Position numbers and translations under genes: made by a program. Source: Clostridia bacterium (GTDB taxonomy: Bacteria; Bacillota; Clostridia; UMGS1840). Taken from it: 64,000 nucleotides of DNA. Position 1 is the first letter of the stretch. Each line of letters begins with the position of its first letter. Shown in pieces: positions 54,884-62,922 of the stretch. The notes under the pieces are model-generated. The model saw only the letters and a list, made by a program, of their open reading frames with translations, did not search any database and was not told the origin of the DNA. The stretch covers positions 114,983 through 178,982 of the forward strand of contig JAZQGY010000029.1 of the NCBI GenBank assembly GCA_045540295.1. Direction: 5' to 3'.

Positions 54884-55266
54884 GTCACAGAAACTATGCT
54901 GAAAAAATTAAAGAAATCAGCGGAGTGAATCCGTATAAGTGTATGAAATGCGGCAAATGCTCAGCTACTTGCCCGTCCTATGATGAAATGGACATTAAAC
55001 CCCATCAGTTTGTAACCTATGTGCAAAACGGAGAAATTGATGCACTGGCAAATTCCAAATCCTTATGGAAATGTTTATCCTGCTTTGCCTGTGTGGAACG
55101 CTGTCCCAGAGATGTAAAACCCGGCAAACTGATTGATGCAGCCCGTCAGATTGTGGTTCGGGAACGTGGCGGTGATTACTTATCCGCAGATGAAATTCCC
55201 GCGTTGTTAGATGAAGAACTTCCCCAGCAGCTTTTGGTGAGTGCCTTCAGAAGATATAAGAGGTAG
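54880..55266 (+). CDS. hdrC: Heterodisulfide reductase subunit C-like 2x[4Fe-4S] protein
   Basis: CMKCGKCSATCP and CLSCFACVERCP. ATGA overlap with hdrB. Confidence 0.8.
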   Translation: MSHRNYAEKIKEISGVNPYKCMKCGKCSATCPSYDEMDIKPHQFVTYVQNGEIDALANSKSLWKCLSCFACVERCPRDVKPGKLIDAARQIVVRERGGDYLSADEIPALLDEELPQQLLVSAFRRYKR

Positions 55267-55275
55267 GTGAGTAGT

Positions 55276-57264
55276 ATGCAGAGAATCGGTGTTTTTGTTT
55301 GTCATTGCGGATCCAATATTGCCGCAACGGTAAATGTTGAAAAAGTTGTTGAAATTATCAAAAAGGAACCCGGCGTGTGTCATGCTGAGGATTATCCTTA
55401 TATGTGTTCCGAAGCAGGTCAGATGAAAATTTTAGAAGCTGTTCGGGAAAAGAATTTAACCGGGATTGTAGTTTGTTCCTGCTCTCCCCGTATGCACGAA
55501 GCTACTTTCCGTAAGGCGGCAGAACGTGCAGGGTTAAACCCCTATATGGTGGAAATTGCCAACATCCGCGAGCATTGCTCCTGGATTCATAAAGATATGG
55601 AAGAAGCAACCGAAAAAGCTGTGATTTTGGCAAGAGCTGCGGTTGCTAAGGTGAATTTAAATACTCCTTTGCAGGCAGGAGAAAGCCGTGTGACCAAACG
55701 TGCGTTGGTAATCGGTGGCGGTATTGCCGGAATTCAGACTGCTTTGGATATTGCGGATGCAGGTTATGAAGTAGACATCGTGGAAAAAACTCCTTCCATC
55801 GGTGGAAGAATGTCTCAGCTTGATAAAACCTTCCCCACATTGGACTGCTCTGCTTGTATTTTAACCCCAAAAATGGTGGAAGCGGCAGCACACGATAAAA
55901 TTAATATCTACACCTATTCCGAAGTGGACAAAGTAACAGGGTTTGTGGGTGACTTTACAGTTGACATCCGTAAGAAAGCAAGAAGTGTTGACAGTAACAA
56001 ATGTACCGGCTGCGGTGTTTGTCAGGAAAAATGTCCTTCCAAGAAATCCTTAAATGAATTTAATCGTGGCTTAAATACCAGAAGTGCCATCTACACTCCT
56101 TTTGCCCAGGCGATTCCCAACGTACCGGTTATCGACCGTGATGCTTGTATCAAGTTTAAAACCGGAAAATGCGGCGTTTGTGAAAAGGTTTGTCAGGCAG
56201 GTGCTATTGATTACAATCAAAAAGACGAAATTATCACAGAAAAATACGGTGCAATCGTGGTTGCTACCGGTTTTGATACCATTAAATTAGATAACTATGA
56301 TGAATATGCTTATAATCAGAGCAAGGACGTTATCACATCTTTAGAGCTGGAACGTATTATGAACGCTGCTGGCCCTACCAAAGGTCACTTAGAGCGTTTA
56401 TCCGACGGAAAAGCTCCCAAGGAAATGGTGTTCATTCAGTGTGTGGGTAGCCGTTGCTCCGATCACAGAGGCAAAAGCTACTGTTCCAAGATCTGCTGTA
56501 TGTATACAGCAAAACACGCAATGCTTATCCGTGATAAATATCCTGATGTGAATGTAACCGTGTTTTATATTGATGTTCGTACTCCCGGTAAAAACTTTGA
56601 CGAGTTTTACAGACGTGCCGTGGAAGAATACGGCGTGAATTACGTAAAAGGTCAGGTAGGTAAAGTTGCACCCCTTCCAAACGGAAAACTGTTGGTGCAG
56701 GGATCTGACTTATTAGATAACAAACAGATTTTAAAAGAAGCAGATATGGTGGTGTTAGCAACCGCTATTGAACCGGAAGCATCTGTTCGTCAGATTGCAA
56801 CGATGCTTACGGCAAGTATTGATACCAATAACTTCTTAACGGAAGCTCATCCTAAGCTCCGTCCTGTGGAATCTCCCACAGCAGGGGTGTTCTTATCCGG
56901 TGTTTGTCAGGGACCTAAAGATATTCCTGAAACGGTTGCTCAGGCTGGTGCCGCAGCAGTAAAAGCTATCGGTCTGTTAGCAAAAGACAAACTAACTACC
57001 AATCCTTGTACTGCAAAAGCAGATGAACTTCTTTGTAACGGTTGCTCTCAGTGTGCAAATGTTTGTCCCTACGGTGCAATCACTTATTTGGATAAAGAAG
57101 TAAATGATCACGGAATCCGTGAAGTAAGAAGAGTGGCTCAGGTGAATAATGCACTCTGTCAGGGCTGCGGTGCTTGTACCGTAACCTGTCCGTCCGGTGC
57201 GATGGACTTGCAGGGCTTCTCCAACAGACAAATTATTGCGGAGGTGGATGCAATATGCCGTTAA
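55276..57264 (+). CDS. hdrA: Heterodisulfide reductase subunit A-like FAD/Fe-S protein
   Basis: RIGVFVCHCGSNI start, FAD fold ALVIGGGIAGIQTALDIADAGYEV, several CxxCxxCxxxCP clusters, about 660 aa. GTG 55267 is an alternative start. Confidence 0.85.
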   Translation: MQRIGVFVCHCGSNIAATVNVEKVVEIIKKEPGVCHAEDYPYMCSEAGQMKILEAVREKNLTGIVVCSCSPRMHEATFRKAAERAGLNPYMVEIANIREHCSWIHKDMEEATEKAVILARAAVAKVNLNTPLQAGESRVTKRALVIGGGIAGIQTALDIADAGYEVDIVEKTPSIGGRMSQLDKTFPTLDCSACILTPKMVEAAAHDKINIYTYSEVDKVTGFVGDFTVDIRKKARSVDSNKCTGCGVCQEKCPSKKSLNEFNRGLNTRSAIYTPFAQAIPNVPVIDRDACIKFKTGKCGVCEKVCQAGAIDYNQKDEIITEKYGAIVVATGFDTIKLDNYDEYAYNQSKDVITSLELERIMNAAGPTKGHLERLSDGKAPKEMVFIQCVGSRCSDHRGKSYCSKICCMYTAKHAMLIRDKYPDVNVTVFYIDVRTPGKNFDEFYRRAVEEYGVNYVKGQVGKVAPLPNGKLLVQGSDLLDNKQILKEADMVVLATAIEPEASVRQIATMLTASIDTNNFLTEAHPKLRPVESPTAGVFLSGVCQGPKDIPETVAQAGAAAVKAIGLLAKDKLTTNPCTAKADELLCNGCSQCANVCPYGAITYLDKEVNDHGIREVRRVAQVNNALCQGCGACTVTCPSGAMDLQGFSNRQIIAEVDAICR

Positions 57265-57695
57265 ATGAAAATGAATTCAGACCCAAAATTGTTGCATTTT
57301 GCTGTAACTGGTGTAGCTATGCCGGTGCAGACTTGGCAGGTAGCAGCCGTCTCTCGTATCCTGCGGATGTCAAAATCATTAAAGTACCTTGTTCCTGCCG
57401 TGTAAATCCTATGTTTATTCTGCGTGCATTTGAAAAAGGTGCCGACGGGGTTATCATTTGCGGATGCCATCCCGGAGACTGTCATTATTCTACCGGGAAT
57501 TACTATGCACGTCGCCGTATGACCTTGCTGTTTTCCATGCTGGAATATTTAGGCATTGAAAAGGGCAGAACCCGTGTGGAATGGGTTTCTGCGGCAGAAG
57601 GTGTGAAATTCTCTCAGACGATGAATGAATTTGTGGAAACCATTCGTTCTCTGGGTAAAAATGTGAGATTGGGGGATTTACGATGCAAGAATTAG
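57255..57695 (+). CDS. mvhD: MvhD/FlxD-like [2Fe-2S] electron-transfer subunit
   Basis: KIVAFCCNWCSYAGADLAG...KVPCSCRV...ICGCHPGDCHY. Overlaps hdrA by 10 nt. Confidence 0.85.
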   Translation: MPLNENEFRPKIVAFCCNWCSYAGADLAGSSRLSYPADVKIIKVPCSCRVNPMFILRAFEKGADGVIICGCHPGDCHYSTGNYYARRRMTLLFSMLEYLGIEKGRTRVEWVSAAEGVKFSQTMNEFVETIRSLGKNVRLGDLRCKN

Positions 57696-58651
57696 TAAAA
57701 CGTGCAGCCGAGCTTTTAAAAGACGGCACCGTTGCCCGTGTGCTTGGTTGGAAAATCGGCGATCTTCCCTATAATCCGGAACCGGCATTTTTTGAAAGTG
57801 TAGAATCTTTATCCGATTTTGTATATAATGCTTTTTGCGGTGCAAACTTAAGCAAATATATGATTGAAGCCTCCAAAAAAGACGGCAAAACCTTAGTATT
57901 TTTAAAGCCTTGTGATTCCTATAGCTTTAACCAACTGTTAAAAGAACACCGTGTTGACCGTGATAAGGCATATATCATCGGTGTTGGGTGCAAAGGAAAA
58001 TTGGATATTGAAAACATCAGAAAGCAGGGCATCAAGGGAATTGAAGCTATTCAAGGCATCGAGATGAGTGATGTTTGCGATACTTTAAAAATCTCCACCG
58101 TATATGGTGACAAAACCTGTTCCTATGATGATGCAATGCTTTCTCGTTGTCACTCCTGCAAAGGCAAAGAACACGTGATTTTTGACGAACAGATTGGTGA
58201 ATCCCGTGATACTGCAACTCTGGACAGATTCTCCGAAGTGGAAGCCATCGAAAAAATGTCTCCCATAGAAAAATTTGAATTTTTCCGCAAGGAACTGTCT
58301 AAATGTATCCGTTGCAATGCTTGCAGAAATGTTTGTCCTGCCTGCAGTTGCAGAAAATGTGTGTTTGACAGTGACAAATTTGACAGTGCTCAGAAAGCCA
58401 ACGTGGACACCTTCCAGGAAAATATGTTCCATATTATCCGTGCGTTCCATGTAGCCGGCAGATGTACTGACTGTGGAGAATGTAGTCGTGTTTGCCCTCA
58501 GGGTATTCCGCTTCATTTGTTTAACCGTAAATTCATCAAAGATATCAACGATTTTTACGGTGATTATACCGCAGGGGAAGATATCAACAATGAGGCTCCT
58601 TTAACTCACTTTGAGTTTTCCGATAGAGAGCCTAACGAAGAAAGGGGATAA
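57683..58651 (+). CDS. Iron-sulfur subunit (FlxC / FrhB-like; two ferredoxin-type Cys clusters)
   Basis: CIRCNACRNVCPACSC and CTDCGECSRVCPQGIP. The N-terminal part (LKPCDSYS...IGVGC) resembles F420-hydrogenase beta-type folds. Overlaps mvhD by 13 nt. Confidence 0.6.
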   Translation: MQELVKRAAELLKDGTVARVLGWKIGDLPYNPEPAFFESVESLSDFVYNAFCGANLSKYMIEASKKDGKTLVFLKPCDSYSFNQLLKEHRVDRDKAYIIGVGCKGKLDIENIRKQGIKGIEAIQGIEMSDVCDTLKISTVYGDKTCSYDDAMLSRCHSCKGKEHVIFDEQIGESRDTATLDRFSEVEAIEKMSPIEKFEFFRKELSKCIRCNACRNVCPACSCRKCVFDSDKFDSAQKANVDTFQENMFHIIRAFHVAGRCTDCGECSRVCPQGIPLHLFNRKFIKDINDFYGDYTAGEDINNEAPLTHFEFSDREPNEERG

Positions 58652-58654
58652 TGT

Positions 58655-59686
58655 ATGTTAAAGATATTAAAAAATAATTTACCCGCATTATTCCAAAAAA
58701 TCAAAGAACAAAGAGAATTGTACCTTCCCATTCGTGTGGCCGACCAGGTGAACTTTGGCGTTTACAGCGAGGATGCGGAGGTTTCGCTGGATACTTTAAA
58801 AACCGTAAAATCTCCCAAAGATGCTTTCTTCCCGCAGAGTGAAACCTTATATATCTGCAATAAAGAAGAAAACAAATGGTCCATTACTCCCGAAGAACTG
58901 CAAAGTCAGGAATTTGTGGTGTTTGGTATTAAAGCCTGTGATGTAAAGGGCATTGAGGTGCTGGATCAGGTGTTCTTAGCAGAACCTGTCGATACCTTTT
59001 ACAAGGCTCGCCGTGACCACGGTATTTTAGTGGCATTAGCTTGCAGCGAACCGGAAGAAAGCTGCTTCTGCAAAGCCTTCGGTATTGACTGCACCGACCC
59101 CAAAGCAGATGTTGCTACCTGGTTGGTTGGCGATGAACTTTACTGGAATCCCTTAACCGAAAAAGGTCAGATTCTGACAGATGCGGTAAAAGATTTACTG
59201 GAAGAAACTGAGGATTCCAAAGTGAAAGCGCAGCAGGACACAACTAAAAAAATCGTGGAAAAACTCCCGTATATGAACCTTTCCTTGGAAGGTTGGAACG
59301 GTGATGTGTTAACCGAAAAATTTGAGTCTCCCTTGTGGGAAGAACTGTATCAACCATGTCTGGCTTGTGGAACCTGCACGTTTGTGTGTCCCACCTGCCA
59401 GTGTTACGATATTAAGGATTATACTACCGGAAATGGCGTTCAGCGTTACCGCTGCTGGGATTCTTGTATGTATTCCGATTTTACCATGATGGCTCACGGT
59501 AACAACCGTACCTCTCAGATGCAGCGGTTCCGTCAGAGATTTATGCACAAATTGGTGTATTTCCCGGCAAATAATGACGGGATGTATTCTTGTGTAGGTT
59601 GTGGCAGATGTGTGGAAAAATGTCCGTCTGCATTAAATATAGTAAAAGTCATCAAAGCATTTTCTAAGGAAGGGGGAGCCAAATAA
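58655..59686 (+). CDS. Iron-sulfur subunit (AsrA / sulfhydrogenase-beta / FlxB-like)
   Basis: CLACGTCTFVCPTCQCYD and CVGCGRCVEKCP. About 340 aa, as in AsrA and HydB. Confidence 0.65.
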   Translation: MLKILKNNLPALFQKIKEQRELYLPIRVADQVNFGVYSEDAEVSLDTLKTVKSPKDAFFPQSETLYICNKEENKWSITPEELQSQEFVVFGIKACDVKGIEVLDQVFLAEPVDTFYKARRDHGILVALACSEPEESCFCKAFGIDCTDPKADVATWLVGDELYWNPLTEKGQILTDAVKDLLEETEDSKVKAQQDTTKKIVEKLPYMNLSLEGWNGDVLTEKFESPLWEELYQPCLACGTCTFVCPTCQCYDIKDYTTGNGVQRYRCWDSCMYSDFTMMAHGNNRTSQMQRFRQRFMHKLVYFPANNDGMYSCVGCGRCVEKCPSALNIVKVIKAFSKEGGAK

Positions 59687-60540
59687 TGTGCGATTGTAAC
59701 TGTCACGAAAATTATAATTTAGACACTTTAATTCCGAAAATCGGCGTGATTACTGAAATCACTCAGCAGACTCCCGACGTAAAAACCTTCCGCGTCAATG
59801 CTCCCGAAGGCGGAAAATTGTTTGAACATCTGCCCGGGCAGTGTGCTATGATTTCTGTTCCCGGAGTTGGGGAAGCAATGTTTTCCATTACTTCTTCTCC
59901 CACCAACAAAGACTATCAGGAATTCAGCATCAAAAAATGCGGTGTATTAACTGATTATCTTCATACTATGGAAGTTGGCGAAGAACTAACCGTCAGAGGA
60001 CCCTACGGCAACAATTTCCCTGTGGAAACTGAACTCAAAGGTAAAAATCTTCTGTTTATTGCCGGCGGTATCGGATTGGCACCTCTTCGTTCTGTGATTA
60101 ACTATGTCATTGATAACCGCCAAAATTATGGCACCGTAGATATTCTGTACGGTTCCAGAAGCATGGATGATTTAGTTGGTTTAAAAGAAATTCAACAGGT
60201 TTGGGCAAAAGAAGAGGGCATTAACGTGCACCTCACTATTGACCGTGAGCAGGAAGGCTGGAGCGGTCACGTAGGATTTGTGCCGTCCTTCTTAAAAGAG
60301 ATTGGTTTTGAAAATAACAAAACGGCTTTAGTTTGCGGACCACCGATTATGATTAAATTCGTGTTGCAGGCACTAGAAGAAATGGGCTTCTCCAAAGAGC
60401 AGGTTTATACCACGCTGGAGCTTCGTATGAAATGTGGCGTTGGTAAATGCGGCAGATGTAATATTGGCTCTAAATACGTTTGCAAAGACGGACCGGTATT
60501 CCGTTGTGACGAAATTGATGAATTGCCTGACGAATATTAA
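59686..60540 (+). CDS. FAD/NAD(P)-binding oxidoreductase subunit with C-terminal [2Fe-2S] (AsrB / PyrK / sulfhydrogenase-gamma / FlxA-like)
   Basis: Ferredoxin-reductase-type fold (RPYS-like FSITSSP, LFIAGGIGLAPL). C-terminal CGVGKCGRCNIG....C. One-nucleotide overlap (TAATG) with the preceding gene. Confidence 0.75.
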   Translation: MCDCNCHENYNLDTLIPKIGVITEITQQTPDVKTFRVNAPEGGKLFEHLPGQCAMISVPGVGEAMFSITSSPTNKDYQEFSIKKCGVLTDYLHTMEVGEELTVRGPYGNNFPVETELKGKNLLFIAGGIGLAPLRSVINYVIDNRQNYGTVDILYGSRSMDDLVGLKEIQQVWAKEEGINVHLTIDREQEGWSGHVGFVPSFLKEIGFENNKTALVCGPPIMIKFVLQALEEMGFSKEQVYTTLELRMKCGVGKCGRCNIGSKYVCKDGPVFRCDEIDELPDEY

Positions 60541-60558
60541 GAAAGGATGGATGCTACG

Positions 60559-61233
60559 ATGGAAAATAAAGTAAATGTGTATTTCTTCGGGAAACAGTAT
60601 CAGGTTCCTGCAGATTTAACAATTATGACCGCTATGGAATATGCGGGCTATACCTTAAAAAGAGGATGTGGCTGCCGTCACGGTTTTTGTGGTGCTTGTG
60701 CTACCATTTACCGTATTAAAGGGCAGAACGAATTAAAAACCTGTCTGGCTTGTCAGACTCAGGTACAGGAAGGAATGTATGTGGCAAGCATCCCGTTCTT
60801 TCCTACCGATAAAAGAACATATAGCATTAACGATATCAAACCCAATCAGCAGGTTATGATGGAATTATATCCCGAAATTTACAGCTGTATCGGTTGTAAT
60901 GCCTGCACCAAGGCTTGTACCCAGGATTTGGATGTTATGCAGTATATTGCTCACGCTCAGAGAGGCGAATTTGAAAAATGTGCGGAATTATCCTTTGACT
61001 GTGTCGGTTGCGGATGCTGTTCCGTAAGATGCCCTGCAGGTATCTCCCATCCCATGGTCGGGGTGTTGGCTCGCCGTTTAACCGGTAAATACATTGCACC
61101 CGAGACTGAGCATTTGAAAAATCGTGTAGAAGAAATCAATCACGGCGAATTCGACAATCTGATTGAGCAGATTATGCAAAAACCTATCGCTGAGATGAAA
61201 GAACTCTATAACACCCGAGAAATTGAGAAGTAA
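60559..61233 (+). CDS. SdhB/FrdB-like iron-sulfur protein
   Basis: N-terminal [2Fe-2S] pattern CRHGFCGACATIY....LAC. Then CIGCNACTKAC and CVGCGCCSVRCP. ATG 60559 lies 11 nt after GAAAGGA; ATG 60547 is an alternative. Confidence 0.65.
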   Translation: MENKVNVYFFGKQYQVPADLTIMTAMEYAGYTLKRGCGCRHGFCGACATIYRIKGQNELKTCLACQTQVQEGMYVASIPFFPTDKRTYSINDIKPNQQVMMELYPEIYSCIGCNACTKACTQDLDVMQYIAHAQRGEFEKCAELSFDCVGCGCCSVRCPAGISHPMVGVLARRLTGKYIAPETEHLKNRVEEINHGEFDNLIEQIMQKPIAEMKELYNTREIEK

Positions 61234-61245
61234 GGAGGAGAGAAT

Positions 61246-62844
61246 ATGTTTACTGAATCTATGCTGGAATCTATTAAAAAAGTAGAAGCAACCAGAGCAG
61301 AACGTATGAAAACAGAACCCAGAAGAATGACTGCGGATGAAAAACAGGCTCTCCTTGAACAGTATCATCCTGACTATCGTAAAGAAGGGTTTAAAGAAAT
61401 TAAAATCGGTCCCAACAAAGGAGAAAAAGCTCCTTCCGAACTGACTGATTTAATCCATTCCAACAGCCGCTTATTACATGAGGACATCGATTTATCCAAA
61501 GTGGACTATGATGTTGATGTCTTGGTAATCGGCGGTGGCGGTGCCGGTTCTTCTGCGGCTATTGAAGCACATGAAGCTGGTGCCAACGTAATGATTGTTA
61601 CCAAATTAAGAATCGGTGATGCCAACACCATGATGGCAGAAGGCGGTATCCAGGCAGCGGACAAAGAAAATGACTCTCCTGTTCAGCATTATCTGGATGC
61701 ATTCGGCGGCGGTCATTTTGCAGCCCGTCCGGAACTGTTAAAACGTTTGGTTATGGAAGCACCTGATGCAATCCGTTGGTTAAACGATTTAGGTGTAATG
61801 TTTGATAAAGATCCTGACGGCAGAATGGTTACCACTCACGGTGGCGGTACTTCTCGCAAAAGGATGCACGCATGTAAAGACTATTCCGGCGCAGAAATTA
61901 TGAGAACCCTGCGAGACGAAGTCATTAACCGTAAAATTCCGGTAGTAGAATTTACTTCTGCAGTGGAACTGATTAAAGATGACAAAGGTCAGGTTGCAGG
62001 TGCGGTTCTTTTGAATATGGAAACCGATGATTACCTAATTGCAAAAGCAAAAACCGTCATTATTGCAACCGGCGGTGCAGGAAGACTGCATTATCAGAAT
62101 TTCCCCACCTCCAATCACTACGGTGCAACTGCAGACGGTCTGATTTTAGGCTATCGTGCCGGTGCTCCGCTTTTGTATCAGGATACCATTCAGTATCATC
62201 CTACCGGTGTTGCATATCCTTCTCAGATTTTTGGTGCATTGGTAACTGAAAAAGTGCGTTCTTTAGGTGCAATGCTTGTTAATAAAGACGGGGAAGCCTA
62301 TGCGCATCCCTTAGAAACCCGTGACGTTTCCGCATCCGCAATTATCCGTGAATGTGCAAACGGAAAAGGGGTAGACACTCCTTTAGGAAGCGGTGTTTGG
62401 CTGGATACTCCTATGATTGAAATCTTAGGAGGAGAAGGCACCATTGAAAAACGAATCCCCGCAATGCTCAGAATGTATTTAAATTATGGCATTGATATGA
62501 GAAAACAGCCGATTTTAGTATATCCCACACTTCACTATCAGAACGGCGGCTTGGAAATCGGTGGTGAAGGTTACACCAAAGCAATCCCTAATCTGTTGGT
62601 TGCCGGGGAAGCAGTTGGCGGTATTCACGGAAGAAACCGTCTGATGGGGAACTCCCTGTTGGATATTATTGTATTCGGACGTAACGCCGGAAAAGCAGCA
62701 GCAAGAAAAGCAAAAGAAGTGGAACTTGGTGCAATGAACTTAGATCACATTCAGGCGTATGCAAAAGAACTGGAACAGGCAGGAATCGCAAATGATGGTG
62801 TATCTCCCATGCTGTTACCCCAGTATGCCCGTCACGAAAGATAA
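61246..62844 (+). CDS. SdhA/FrdA/NadB-family FAD flavoprotein with an N-terminal extension of about 95 aa
   Basis: DVLVIGGGGAGSSAAIEA dinucleotide fold begins near residue 95. Also IQYHPTG and AGEAVGGIHGRNRLMGNSLLDIIVFGR. No His at the covalent-FAD position (DANTMMAEGGIQAA). AAGGAGG RBS. Confidence 0.75.
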   Translation: MFTESMLESIKKVEATRAERMKTEPRRMTADEKQALLEQYHPDYRKEGFKEIKIGPNKGEKAPSELTDLIHSNSRLLHEDIDLSKVDYDVDVLVIGGGGAGSSAAIEAHEAGANVMIVTKLRIGDANTMMAEGGIQAADKENDSPVQHYLDAFGGGHFAARPELLKRLVMEAPDAIRWLNDLGVMFDKDPDGRMVTTHGGGTSRKRMHACKDYSGAEIMRTLRDEVINRKIPVVEFTSAVELIKDDKGQVAGAVLLNMETDDYLIAKAKTVIIATGGAGRLHYQNFPTSNHYGATADGLILGYRAGAPLLYQDTIQYHPTGVAYPSQIFGALVTEKVRSLGAMLVNKDGEAYAHPLETRDVSASAIIRECANGKGVDTPLGSGVWLDTPMIEILGGEGTIEKRIPAMLRMYLNYGIDMRKQPILVYPTLHYQNGGLEIGGEGYTKAIPNLLVAGEAVGGIHGRNRLMGNSLLDIIVFGRNAGKAAARKAKEVELGAMNLDHIQAYAKELEQAGIANDGVSPMLLPQYARHER

Positions 62845-62863
62845 ATTGAAATAAGAAATTGAA

Positions 62864-62900
62864 ATTCCCCGAAGATTCTAAAAAAGAAGCTTCGGGGAAT
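62864..62900 (+). other. Strong 11-bp stem hairpin after the flavoprotein gene (no T-tract)
   Basis: ATTCCCCGAAG-15 nt loop-CTTCGGGGAAT, followed by CAAACGG. Confidence 0.5.
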
Positions 62901-62922
62901 CAAACGGAAAGGAAGTAAAATT

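Noticed and set aside
55276-57695. Possible selenocysteine (in-frame TGA) recoding in the HdrA-like and MvhD-like genes
   Set aside because: Both ORFs are continuous and full-length, with Cys at the expected positions. No in-frame TGA needs to be read through.
58085-58516. 143-aa minus-strand ORF inside the Fe-S subunit gene
   Set aside because: It is antisense to a gene with clear CxxCxxCxxxCP clusters within a tightly overlapping operon.
62864-62900. Hairpin after the flavoprotein gene as a canonical terminator
   Set aside because: The stem is strong, but it is followed by CAAACGG rather than a T-tract. It is kept as a generic hairpin, and operon read-through into the transporter remains possible.
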